Notes: a model not told the origin generated them from the letters alone. A stretch of DNA of 63,646 nt from Patescibacteria group bacterium (GCA_041664365.1 JBAYKW010000008.1:1-63646); one strand, 5' to 3'; positions 9,513 through 18,858 are shown, numbered from the stretch's first letter. Program-made: numbers and translations.

Positions 9513-10169
9513 TTATTTCTTATAATGCTGAATAATCTGATTAGTAGTCTCTGAAATGTTTAATGATCCATCTACGGAAAGCCACGATAAATTTTCTTGT
9601 ATCACTTGTTCTTTTAAGATACGTGCAGACGCAATATCTCTTTGCATCCAATTGCGCCATGCTAATTTTCTATCTGAAGTTTTAGCAAGGACATTGTTTA
9701 TCCAGGGTCGTTTACTGTAGTTGTGTAATTGGAACTCTTTGGTAGCTATTAAATAGTATACATGTTGAGGTGATGCCAGCAATGGAGCAAGGGTGTGCGG
9801 AGATACATATCCATCAAATAGCAAAGGCCTTTTGTCTTCTTTCAGACATTGCTTCAAATCTTCTTTAATTAACTCAAATTCTTCATCTGAAAATGATTCT
9901 TCTGTAGCAATTTGTTCTTCGAGAGGTCGAAGCCAAAGATCATCACCAGTAATTCGGGAGATTTTGTAAAAGGTAGGATGTTCTGTGGGGGATGCTTTTT
10001 CACGGTGTTGATCTATCCATTCATCAGAGTGATATACATTCCAATTCAGACGTTCTGCAATCAAAGAAGAGATCGTAGTTTTTCCAGAACAAACTGATCC
10101 GCTAAGCCAGTACATTCGGGAAAAATCTTTCTTTGTAAACATATTTTTTAAATCAGATATTCTTATCAT
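9513..10169 (-). CDS. P-loop kinase-like (nucleoside/shikimate kinase fold) protein
   Basis: N-terminal Walker A SGSVCSGKTT; LLFDG strand; C-terminal LSVDG. Confidence 0.75.
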   Translation of the reverse strand: MIRISDLKNMFTKKDFSRMYWLSGSVCSGKTTISSLIAERLNWNVYHSDEWIDQHREKASPTEHPTFYKISRITGDDLWLRPLEEQIATEESFSDEEFELIKEDLKQCLKEDKRPLLFDGYVSPHTLAPLLASPQHVYYLIATKEFQLHNYSKRPWINNVLAKTSDRKLAWRNWMQRDIASARILKEQVIQENLSWLSVDGSLNISETTNQIIQHYKK

Positions 10170-10563
10170 TTTTTATTTCATCACCAGTTGCGACACATTC
10201 TATTTCAATGCGAGCTCCTAATGGTAAGGCTTGAACTGCCAGGGCAATTCTAGTGGGTAAAATGTCTTTAAATTTAGCAGTATATATTTCGTTTACTTTA
10301 GCATATTCAGCCATATCAATTAAATATATACGCACTTTGGTTAAATTATCTAAAGTCCAACCAACTTCAGATAAAATAGCTTCTATATTATTAAATGTTT
10401 GTTTTGTTTCTATCTCAATTCCACCTTCTACTAATTTTCCCGTATCTATGCTGATGCCAATTTGACCGGAAATCTCCAATCTATACTTTGAAGATTCTAA
10501 AATTGCTTGAGAATATAACTTTGGTGCTACTGGCGCTTTAGATGATGTAATTGTTTTTTTCAT
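10153..10563 (-). CDS. RidA/YjgF/UK114 family protein
   Basis: YSQA, ISGQIG, KVRIYL-DM--YAKVNEIY, PTR, LPLGARIEIE. Confidence 0.93.
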   Translation of the reverse strand: MKKTITSSKAPVAPKLYSQAILESSKYRLEISGQIGISIDTGKLVEGGIEIETKQTFNNIEAILSEVGWTLDNLTKVRIYLIDMAEYAKVNEIYTAKFKDILPTRIALAVQALPLGARIEIECVATGDEIKNDKNI

Positions 10564-10585
10564 ATTATTTGGTTATTGAATTTCG

Positions 10586-10718
10586 CCTAAGAGGTTGTTT
10601 ACACACCTATTGGCATCATAGCCAACATTAGCTAAAAAGTAAATAATTTTTTTAATTAAAATACAAAGAAAAAAACTATCGTTTCTATAGTTTCGGGGAT
10701 GCGATGCTGATTAAATAA
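10586..10718. repeat. 133-bp right-end module: promoter arm plus queA tail copy 2 (attR-like)
   Basis: Colinear without indels with 13176-13308 (offset 2590); the tail still reads NYRFYSFGDAMLIK*. Confidence 0.85.
10615..10643 (-). promoter_or_regulatory. Inward-facing promoter TTTACT-17-TATGAT
   Basis: Inside the repeat module, pointing at the RidA gene. Confidence 0.6.
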
Positions 10719-10766
10719 AAACAGCCCAAGTGAGGGACGTGTGTGGGTGGTTATAGAGGAAGAAGA

Positions 10767-11609
10767 TTATCTTGAAAAATTATCTAATTTCTTCAAATCT
10801 TCTTTATTCATTTGCCAGTCTGCTGAAGTAGCAATTTCTTGTAAGTGTTCTAAATTTAATGCTTTCGGTATTGTGATTACCCCTTGTTTTGATACTAGCC
10901 AATTCAACGCTATTTGGGCTTTTGTCTTGCCGTATTTTTTTGATAATTGTTCAAGAATAGGAAAGTCAGTATTAAATAAATCTCCTCTGGCAAAAGGGCG
11001 ATAAGCTATAATAAGTATATTATTATTTTGACAGAATGGAATTATATCAGATTCCATATTAGCAGTATTTTGCCCCACATTTCTAGTTATTAAATTGTAT
11101 TCAATCTGGTTGGCCACTATTTTATTTTGACTGAATTTTTGTGCTTCTTTTAACTGTAAAACAGAAAAATTGCTCACTCCTATAAATTTAGTTTTATTAG
11201 TTTCTACTAAATGATTCATAGCTCGCATACTATTTTCTATTGAGAAATCTGGGTTTGAAGAATGAATTAAGTATAAATCAACATAAGGGGTATCAAGTCT
11301 CATCAGACTATCGTCCATTGCTTTTATTATTCCATCATAACTTAAGTTTTCCTTAGCTACTTTGGTTGTAATAAACAATCTTTTTCTATCAAAACTTTTT
11401 ATTGCTTGACCTACCAATTCTTCAGTGTGTCCTTGGGCATATATTTCAGCTGTATCGATATGCGTCAACCCAAGTTTTATAGCATTTTCTAAAGCTTCAA
11501 TACATTTCTGATCATTATTATATTTTGGTGTTAAATCTCCACCCATTCCCCAAGTACCAATACCGATTACTGGTATCTGTATTGCAGATGTGACGTTTGC
11601 AAATTTCAT
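10767..11609 (-). CDS. Aldo/keto reductase
   Basis: IGIGTWGMG, IDTAE-Y, LFITTKV, DLYLIHS, IGVSNF, NQIEYN, IAYRPF, AQIALNW, IPKA. Confidence 0.95.
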   Translation of the reverse strand: MKFANVTSAIQIPVIGIGTWGMGGDLTPKYNNDQKCIEALENAIKLGLTHIDTAEIYAQGHTEELVGQAIKSFDRKRLFITTKVAKENLSYDGIIKAMDDSLMRLDTPYVDLYLIHSSNPDFSIENSMRAMNHLVETNKTKFIGVSNFSVLQLKEAQKFSQNKIVANQIEYNLITRNVGQNTANMESDIIPFCQNNNILIIAYRPFARGDLFNTDFPILEQLSKKYGKTKAQIALNWLVSKQGVITIPKALNLEHLQEIATSADWQMNKEDLKKLDNFSR

Positions 11610-11679
11610 CTTTTATAAGTTAATCTTATTTTCATTCGTGTCGGATATACGATGATGGATGATGTTAAAAGACTCGTTA

Positions 11680-12093
11680 TTATAGCAATTTAAAATAATC
11701 ATCAACATTGTTTATTGCCTCTTCTAAAGTATTATACCTTACTACTTTTATATTAGAGTTTCCACTTATCATCGCTGATAATCTTTTATCGGCCTGCTCT
11801 CTATACAAACACAATATTTTTTTATCTATATTTTCAGCTTTACCAATTTCATAGCCAATACCAAGCGAAGGGGTTGATACTTCAGCAATTATAACATCAG
11901 CTTCTTTCACCCATGCCATATCACGATTATAGATAAGTTCATCGGTAATGTCTTCACCTACACTAGTGAGATTTTTATCACCAAGGTGTTCGGTTAAAAC
12001 TTGGCCGTATGTAGCGAGGTGTTGGATTAATTTAAAATATAAATCCATATCATCCCTACCACCACGTATTGATCCAGCAAAATAAATTTTCAT
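11680..12093 (-). CDS. Nucleoside 2-deoxyribosyltransferase / DNPH1(Rcl)-like N-hydrolase
   Basis: KIYFAGSIRGGR, IYNRD--W, ADVIIAEVS-PSLG-GYEIG. Confidence 0.9.
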   Translation of the reverse strand: MKIYFAGSIRGGRDDMDLYFKLIQHLATYGQVLTEHLGDKNLTSVGEDITDELIYNRDMAWVKEADVIIAEVSTPSLGIGYEIGKAENIDKKILCLYREQADKRLSAMISGNSNIKVVRYNTLEEAINNVDDYFKLL

Positions 12094-12144
12094 ATCTTTT
12101 TAATATCTTGTTTATTTAAAGGGGTTATGAGTCTTTCAATTTTT

Positions 12145-12203
12145 CCTAATACTGTATTTACGCATCTGTTAACAGCATAGCCAAAATTAGCTTAAAAGTA
12201 AAT
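12145..12203. repeat. Partial (59-bp) module copy without queA tail; carries promoter TTTACT-17-TATGCT (minus, 12174-12202)
   Basis: 54/59 identical to 13176-13234, including a 38-nt exact run. Confidence 0.9.
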
Positions 12204-12228
12204 TAAATTACAGTTCACATTTTTAATA

Positions 12229-13137
12229 CTAAGATGATCTATAAATATTTTTTATTGCCTTTTCCCAAACCACTGCATGAGTCGCGCCCGCGGTTACTAA
12301 AATATTTTTATGACCACTTTTTTTAGCATCCAAAATAACATCAATTGCGTTATTATCTCTCATAGTATTCATATCGTGAGCTACGGAGTCTGGTGAAGGA
12401 TCGGAAGATTTTGTAAATAAATCTTGATCTTTCGCACGAAGAGCTTCATTCTGCGACCTGGATGCTAATTCATTAAATGGTAATCCGGCTTCTTTTTCAA
12501 CTACTTCGGCAATTTTTTCTGAAGTTAAGTCTAGATATTTTTCTACTCCCGGAACCGCAAATAAAATCAGGTCATATAAAGCTTCCAAGGATGGTTCTTT
12601 GCCATCTTCATACAATTTTCTCATTCCATAAGTTGCCAGCCATGTTATTGCTTCGGTGGTGTTATGCTTTAATTCATTGTTTTCAGCTTTTATATTTAAG
12701 ACAGCCTTTAATTGGTCTAAGCCCGAGATATCCCATGATTGAACTTTGAATCCTTGTTTTCTGGCTAGCCAGGTAAAATATAATTGTTCCTGTCGATCTA
12801 TTATTTCTTTAGGATCCATTGCCGATATTTCATCAATTGTTTTTCCTGGAAAATATGTTTCCAGTGTGCTAGCCACCTCGGTTAAAACAAGATCAGGATT
12901 GATTTCAGCAAGTGTTTTTTCAAAATCATGGATCTTTTGTAATTGATTTGTATGTTTTCTGCCATCAATAAAAATATTTTCCTCGCCGTTTGTTGCCGAA
13001 TAAGCATATCTATCTTCATATTTTATTTTTTCCACTTCATCGGGACTTCGAAGCAGACTTTTTGGATCACTCACAGTTTCATCTATAGATGAGCCCTGTT
13101 CCGTAGATTGCGTTTCCTTTCGTGTTCCAAATTCCAT
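12229..13137 (-). CDS. Hypothetical protein, possible TraB/GumN/TIKI-like metallohydrolase fold
   Basis: DLVLTE near the N-terminus; MRDNN and ILVTAGATH near the C-terminus, resembling the RD..vvvG.aH pattern. Confidence 0.5.
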   Translation of the reverse strand: MEFGTRKETQSTEQGSSIDETVSDPKSLLRSPDEVEKIKYEDRYAYSATNGEENIFIDGRKHTNQLQKIHDFEKTLAEINPDLVLTEVASTLETYFPGKTIDEISAMDPKEIIDRQEQLYFTWLARKQGFKVQSWDISGLDQLKAVLNIKAENNELKHNTTEAITWLATYGMRKLYEDGKEPSLEALYDLILFAVPGVEKYLDLTSEKIAEVVEKEAGLPFNELASRSQNEALRAKDQDLFTKSSDPSPDSVAHDMNTMRDNNAIDVILDAKKSGHKNILVTAGATHAVVWEKAIKNIYRSS

Positions 13138-13175
13138 GATTTTATTAATAAATATAGTAATTTATTACTTCTTCA

Positions 13176-13308
13176 CCTAATAGTGTATTTGAGTACCTGT
13201 TAACAGCATAGCCAAAATTAGCTTAAAAGTAAATAATTTATTAATCAAATTGCCAAGAAAAGAAACTATCGTTTTTATAGTTTCGCCGATGTTATGCTGA
13301 TTAAATAG
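13176..13308. repeat. 133-bp right-end module: promoter arm plus degenerate queA tail copy 3
   Basis: Tail reads IAKKRNYRFYSFADVMLIK*; promoter TTTACT-17-TATGCT at 13205-13233 (minus). Confidence 0.85.
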
Positions 13309-13318
13309 AAAAAAGAAA

Positions 13319-13345
13319 GAAGTCGCGATTCGAAAATGCGACTTC
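13319..13345. terminator. Hairpin terminator homologous to that after queA
   Basis: GAAGTCGC...GCGACTTC followed by TTTT. Confidence 0.7.
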
Positions 13346-13408
13346 TTTTATTTATAAACACTCTTTATTGATAATTCAACAATGATATTCGATAATCTAT
13401 GATTATAC

Positions 13409-13888
13409 TTATTGGACGTGTCTTCTTAGTACTTCAACACTGTTTTCATCATTAGATCCCCCTATTGAACTTTTTATCAGATCAATGAAATTAATTCTTT
13501 CATATTCTTGGGCGACACGTTCCATAATATGACCTTTTTCAGCTAACTGATGCCTTCTATCGGTTGAATCCTGATCGGCAGTCTTGCCACTATTATTTTC
13601 ATCATCATTATCTAATACATCTAGCATTTCTTCAATTTCATCTTCATTAGTTGGTAGATCGTGTCCTTCAAACAAATGTTTTACAACCTCTTCCTCTATT
13701 CTTGAATACATGTCATGAATCGCTTGCTTTGGATCAGCCCCAGCATCAATTTCTTCATCGTATAATGATAACGCGGCTCGTATCATGTCAGTATTTTTTA
13801 AAGCTTCATTAACTGCCTTTTGAGCATATTTTAATGCTTGCTGATCAAGTGCCGCTTCATTTAATCTTCCTTCGAATGGATGATTCAT
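13409..13888 (-). CDS. Acidic hypothetical protein
   Basis: 159-aa D/E-rich ORF. Confidence 0.7.
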   Translation of the reverse strand: MNHPFEGRLNEAALDQQALKYAQKAVNEALKNTDMIRAALSLYDEEIDAGADPKQAIHDMYSRIEEEVVKHLFEGHDLPTNEDEIEEMLDVLDNDDENNSGKTADQDSTDRRHQLAEKGHIMERVAQEYERINFIDLIKSSIGGSNDENSVEVLRRHVQ

Positions 13889-13934
13889 AATTTTATTGCT
13901 TAGTTAATTATTTTTGCTGATTAATTAAACTTTT

Positions 13935-14213
13935 TTAGTCCTCCCACCCGCATGCGTCTGCGCATTCATTCAAACCAATTGTATCAAAACAAACGGTTTT
14001 GCCGGATTCTTCTTCGCAGAATAATTTAGTACATTTTTTAACACAGTCATTTAACTTTCGTAATTCATATACATCCTTTATATTGCCGGGATTTAATTCA
14101 ATATTGTCCGCATTCTCTATGTTTTGATTAATATCTGCATTGTTCGGTTTACTGACAGACCAAATCAATATTGCGACAATGGCGAAAATAATAATAAAAA
14201 GTAATGTTTTCAT
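13935..14213 (-). CDS. Small membrane-anchored Cys-rich protein
   Basis: N-terminal TM; C-terminal C-x3-C-x3-C...C...C-x3-C. Confidence 0.7.
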   Translation of the reverse strand: MKTLLFIIIFAIVAILIWSVSKPNNADINQNIENADNIELNPGNIKDVYELRKLNDCVKKCTKLFCEEESGKTVCFDTIGLNECADACGWED

Positions 14214-14216
14214 GAG

Positions 14217-16034
14217 TTAATATTGTTTTATCAGTTCAGTCCCACGGTAGTAGTGTTTTAAAATATCTTCATATAAACTACCATTCTCTGCCATGGAACG
14301 CGCACCGTAGGCACTTAGACCGACCCCGTGCCCGAGTAATGTCCTTCCATTACATCCCGGGTCGTCAACGGAAACAAGCCAGTTGTAAGGTCCGCCGGAC
14401 CAGACTTCTTCCCACGATCTGGTTCGGCCGTCAGTTTGCGAAAAATATGGTGTGACAACTATTTCATTTTCATAGGTCACCATTACTCCTTCCGTATCAA
14501 TAATCGCTTGGGTAATATTCGGTGAGCGGGTTTCCAGACCGTATCCGCGGTAGACCTGGTCATTGACCGCGTCAATTGTGAAGTTTTCATCAGCATGTTT
14601 TGTACCAGTTTGGTAATGATATATTGCATAAGTACGCGCGGCTGTCAGTAGGGCTTTTAAATAATCCGGGTCATTGTCATTGCTGGCCTCGGCGATGCCT
14701 CTTAAATATGATTCCAAAGGTAATTCGTTGATAACCCATAATTTATTTGTTGCACTGGCATAGTGAATTTCTATAATTCCCCGGAAACGGTTATCGTTGA
14801 GTGATGTGTTCCACTCCGGCCGATGTTCGTAGTTGGTAATTTCCATAATTGTATCTGTGCTTTTCGGGATTGCCCGGAGCGGTAAATTTGAAATAATTGT
14901 TTCATGCGCAGTGACAAGGGAATAGCTGTTATTCTCATATTTAAGCGTAATAATACTGTCTTTAGCAAAACTGCCAATCAGTGTGTTGTTAGTATCTCTT
15001 ACTTCATAGTCGCCACTTCCAGAAACTGAGACTCCGGCCGTTGTTGGATACAACCCGACTCTGATATCAGGTTCGCCGAGAGTTTCATGGACAGGTTGGA
15101 CACCATTGGTCACATTTATTTTGATTTTTAACCCGCCGCTTTTTATCCAGGTAAGGTTTTCCGCAACCAGGCCAAAATTTTCTGTATAGCTTCCCAGGGT
15201 ATCAGGTGCCTGCAGGGCAAAAGTAAACCGCACCTTCTCCCCGGTTTTTACGGGGACCCCCTTCATAATCGTCGGGCGATATGCAGTCGGCCAGAGGCTG
15301 TGCCGGAAGGAACTGGTTCTGCCGATCGGTTTATTGATATTCAAAGCAACGAAGTGGTTCCCATTCGGGTACCAGGTTTGAGAGCCGGTATTTTTAAACT
15401 CCACCCACGCGGTGAAAGCTTTACCGGGTTCGATATTTATCTCCTTGTTTGATTGAGCAACTAATTTTGCTGAAAAATGCGGAAGGGGATTACCGACACG
15501 CATTACGATTTCCAGATCACCACCGCTGATCCAGGTCAGGTGTTCGGCGACCAATCCGAATTTTTCCGAATATTCACCGACTACTTTCGGGGCGGTTAAT
15601 GCAAAACGAAAAATTCCTGTTTCTCCCGGTTTGACGACGGACGTCTGCATTTTACTCGGACGGTAGTATGCCGGCCAAAAAACATCCCGGAAGTTACTGT
15701 TTCTTCCTGTCGGGTTGGTAACGTTTAATGCTAGGAAATTTTTTGAATTATTGTACCAGGTTTCCGTCCCGGTGTTCTTAAATTTTGCTTCAAAAGTCAG
15801 TCTTCCACCCGGGTTGATGTTTATTATTTTATAACTCTTGCTGATCAGTTCCGCCTTATATTTATTTGAAATATTATTTTCATAGCTTGATGCATTGGCA
15901 GGGAGAATCAGCTGATTATTTTCCAAATAATGACCGACTTTATTGAGAGTGAATGATGCAATTATAACAACCAAGAACACCAGTAGTAGCCAGCTTGTTT
16001 CCCGTAAAAATGATTTTTGTTTTTGTTTTTTCAT
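14217..16034 (-). CDS. SpoIID/LytB-domain protein with two NBR1-like Ig (FW) domains
   Basis: INELPLESYLRGIAE, ALLTAARTY, DQVYRG, GHGVGLSAYGA, ILKHYY; two F-NTG--TW...G---RF-F---AP repeats. Confidence 0.9.
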   Translation of the reverse strand: MKKQKQKSFLRETSWLLLVFLVVIIASFTLNKVGHYLENNQLILPANASSYENNISNKYKAELISKSYKIININPGGRLTFEAKFKNTGTETWYNNSKNFLALNVTNPTGRNSNFRDVFWPAYYRPSKMQTSVVKPGETGIFRFALTAPKVVGEYSEKFGLVAEHLTWISGGDLEIVMRVGNPLPHFSAKLVAQSNKEINIEPGKAFTAWVEFKNTGSQTWYPNGNHFVALNINKPIGRTSSFRHSLWPTAYRPTIMKGVPVKTGEKVRFTFALQAPDTLGSYTENFGLVAENLTWIKSGGLKIKINVTNGVQPVHETLGEPDIRVGLYPTTAGVSVSGSGDYEVRDTNNTLIGSFAKDSIITLKYENNSYSLVTAHETIISNLPLRAIPKSTDTIMEITNYEHRPEWNTSLNDNRFRGIIEIHYASATNKLWVINELPLESYLRGIAEASNDNDPDYLKALLTAARTYAIYHYQTGTKHADENFTIDAVNDQVYRGYGLETRSPNITQAIIDTEGVMVTYENEIVVTPYFSQTDGRTRSWEEVWSGGPYNWLVSVDDPGCNGRTLLGHGVGLSAYGARSMAENGSLYEDILKHYYRGTELIKQY

Positions 16035-16294
16035 TGTTTTTCAAAGAAGAAAAAAGTGCTTCATTGAACCAAAGTCAAAGCACTTCGCAGTTGTTGTGTT
16101 GATATTTCATAAGTTGTACCTTGGTTTTTATTTTTGCCAGAAACTGTTGCTTCTGCTATGTTTATATTATCATAAAATTGACCATTTGTCAATGTGATTT
16201 GAATAGTGATATCATGCATTTGGAGCATAAAAATAAGTTAATTGGCGGGGTCTCTTTGGTCCCGTTTTCTATCAGAATAATATCAGCCGAATAA

Positions 16295-17722
16295 ATGTCA
16301 TTAACCCGGAAAATCGCACATAATACCATCATCCAAATTGTCGGTAAGGCAATATCAACGATTATTGCGCTAGTTGTTGCTTCATTACTTTTCCGTTATC
16401 TCGGCAAAGAAGGCTACGGAAACTATACGACAGTCATGGTTTTTTTGCAGTTTTTCGGCATCATGGTAGATATGGGGTTGTATATCATTCTGACGAAGAA
16501 AATTTCAGAAGCAGGTGCTGATGAAGAGTCGCTGGTTGGAAATATCTTTACGATCCGACTTATTTCCGCGGTGGTATTTTTGGGGGTTGCACCATTACTC
16601 GTGATATTTTTTCCATATCCTTCGGTTGTAAAAACTGGTGTGGCTTTAGTGAGTCTGTCTTTCCTGTTTGTGACACTCAATCAAGTTTTGCAGGGAGTAT
16701 TCCAAAAACATCTTAAAATGATGCGGGTTACTATTTCCGAAATTCTCGGGCGACTGGTTTTGCTGGCCGGCACTTTCCTTGCTGTATATCTTGATCAAGG
16801 CTTGACGACGGTTTTATTGGTGGTTGTCTTGAGCTCATTTACCAATTTTCTTTTTACTTTTATTTTTTCCCGGAAGTTTGTAAAAATACGGCTAGTTTTC
16901 GATTTTCCTGTGTGGCGAAGAATTATCAAGGAAGCGTACCCGATTGCCTTGGCGATTCTTTTTAATCTGGTCTATTTCAAGGCGGACATTCTCATCCTGT
17001 CTTTGCTTAAATCTCAATCAGACGTGGGGATCTATGGCGCACCGTTCAAAATACTGGAGGTATTAGTTACATTTCCGGCCATGTTCGCAGGACTGGCTGT
17101 CCCGGTTTTGACTCAGGCATTTACAGCGATGGATTATGAAAGATTTCGGCGAGTACTCAGCAAGTCATTTGACTTTCTGGTCATGGTTGCCCTGCCAATG
17201 ATTGTAGGCACAATTTTTATTGCAGAGCCGGTGATTGATCTGATCGCGGGCGCGGATTTTGTCGAATCAGGGCAGGTACTGCAGATTCTGATCGTTACAA
17301 CGGGTATCATATTTATCGGCAATCTTTTTGGCAACGCTGTAGTGGTGGTTAATCGACAGAAAGAAATTTTGAAATACTATATGGCAATCGCAGCAATTTC
17401 TGTGGGAGGATGCTTATTACTAATTCCCCGCTATTCATATATCGGTGCCGCCTGGATGACGGTGGTGTCCCAATCGCTGATCACTCTCGCTACTATTTAC
17501 GTTGTCTGGCGGAAGACTAAAATATTTCCCTCGCTTAAGTTTTTTACTAAAGCACTGATTGCTTGTACCGGCATGGCCGTCGTTTTATTTTTATTAAAAG
17601 GCTTTTCACTTTGGATATTAGTATCCGCCGGTATCATCGCTTATGGCGCTATACTCCTTTTGCTGAAGGGGATATCTAAGGATCTGATTAAAGAAATAAT
17701 TGCTTCGCCTGCGAAAGAATAA
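16295..17722 (+). CDS. Wzx/MATE-like polysaccharide flippase
   Basis: RKIAHNT, RYLG--GYG-Y, DILILS, VGIYG; about 12-14 TM segments. Confidence 0.9.
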   Translation: MSLTRKIAHNTIIQIVGKAISTIIALVVASLLFRYLGKEGYGNYTTVMVFLQFFGIMVDMGLYIILTKKISEAGADEESLVGNIFTIRLISAVVFLGVAPLLVIFFPYPSVVKTGVALVSLSFLFVTLNQVLQGVFQKHLKMMRVTISEILGRLVLLAGTFLAVYLDQGLTTVLLVVVLSSFTNFLFTFIFSRKFVKIRLVFDFPVWRRIIKEAYPIALAILFNLVYFKADILILSLLKSQSDVGIYGAPFKILEVLVTFPAMFAGLAVPVLTQAFTAMDYERFRRVLSKSFDFLVMVALPMIVGTIFIAEPVIDLIAGADFVESGQVLQILIVTTGIIFIGNLFGNAVVVVNRQKEILKYYMAIAAISVGGCLLLIPRYSYIGAAWMTVVSQSLITLATIYVVWRKTKIFPSLKFFTKALIACTGMAVVLFLLKGFSLWILVSAGIIAYGAILLLLKGISKDLIKEIIASPAKE

Positions 17723-17724
17723 AT

Positions 17725-18858
17725 ATGTCAAAGAATATTCTCATACTAAAGTTTCCCTTTTCTTCACTGTTCGGTGGAGGGGAAAAACATACAATTTCCT
17801 TAGTCGAAGGATTAAGTCAAAAGGGTTTTTCTTTTTTTCTGGTCAGCTCGTGCCCGGTTTTACTGAAAGAATTTAAAAGACGGGATTGGTATGGCAAAAA
17901 AATATGGGCACCCAAAGAGCCCGTATCAAAAGCATCTATAGTATTATTTCCATTTTTAGCGCCATTTTTCTTTATCAGGTTGATAATACTTTTGACCAGC
18001 TTCCGCTTCAGAAAGAAAGTAAGGATTGTCTACTGCCTTTCCCTTACTGAAAAAATTCTGATCACTTTGCCGGCAAGATTACTTGGTATGAAAGTCGTTT
18101 GGATGGAGCATGTTTCGCCGGACCGCTGGCTGACTATGAACCCTTTCCGTATTTGTTATTCTTTTTATTCCAGGTTTGCTATGACAATCGTCGTATCAAA
18201 TGCAATCAGAAATGAATTTGTAAAAAATATTCATATCAAACCCGGACGGATTATCACTGTATATGCCGGGATTGATTTGCCGGAGTATACAATGAGCGAT
18301 ATCAGAGCACGGGTTAATGAGGGGGAATATATCATCGGGACAATCGCCCGACTGGAAAAAGAAAAAGGAATTGAATATTTGATCAGAGCTATCGAGCTGG
18401 CAAAAGACATTATCCCAAAAATCAGGCTGGTGATCGTGGGAGATGGTAATGAAAAACGCAATCTGACGTGGCTGACAAACAGTCTGCATATGACAGAGCG
18501 GATACAGTTTGTCGGATTCCAGAATCACGTTGATCATTGGATAAAAGACTTCGACGTATTTGTTTTACCGTCGGCAATCCGCGAATCTTTCGGTATTGTA
18601 TTGATTGATGCAATGGCAAATCTTCGGCCGGTAATTGCCAGTCGTATTGGCGGGATAGTCGAAATAGTCGATCATAATGAAACGGGGATTCTGGTGGAGC
18701 CAAAAAACCCGGAGGCCATAGCAAATGCTATAATCTATCTGTATAACCATCCTGAGGAAACTATGGAAATTATAAAAAATGCGCGAAAAAAAGTAGAAAC
18801 AAATTTTACCAAACAAAGGATGTTTGATGAGTTTGAAACAATATTTATTACCCTATGA
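17725..18858 (+). CDS. GT4 glycosyltransferase
   Basis: GGGEKH, ARL--EKG, FVLPS--RESFGIVLIDAMA. Confidence 0.92.
   Translation: MSKNILILKFPFSSLFGGGEKHTISLVEGLSQKGFSFFLVSSCPVLLKEFKRRDWYGKKIWAPKEPVSKASIVLFPFLAPFFFIRLIILLTSFRFRKKVRIVYCLSLTEKILITLPARLLGMKVVWMEHVSPDRWLTMNPFRICYSFYSRFAMTIVVSNAIRNEFVKNIHIKPGRIITVYAGIDLPEYTMSDIRARVNEGEYIIGTIARLEKEKGIEYLIRAIELAKDIIPKIRLVIVGDGNEKRNLTWLTNSLHMTERIQFVGFQNHVDHWIKDFDVFVLPSAIRESFGIVLIDAMANLRPVIASRIGGIVEIVDHNETGILVEPKNPEAIANAIIYLYNHPEETMEIIKNARKKVETNFTKQRMFDEFETIFITL

Larger units (their letters stand above)
8739..10718. mobile_element. Putative integrated cargo unit A (about 1.98 kb, no integrase)
   Basis: Bounded by direct repeats of the queA tail; AT-rich; three minus-strand genes. 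Confidence 0.6.
10719..13308. mobile_element. Putative integrated cargo unit B (about 2.59 kb, no integrase)
   Basis: Between queA tail copies 2 and 3; contains an internal partial module copy. Confidence 0.6.

Noticed and set aside
10586-13308. CRISPR array or canonical integron
   Set aside because: Spacing is kb-scale, there are no cas or intI genes, GTTAACA does not fit GTTRRRY, and no RYYYAAC...GTTRRRY attC hairpins follow the cargo stops.
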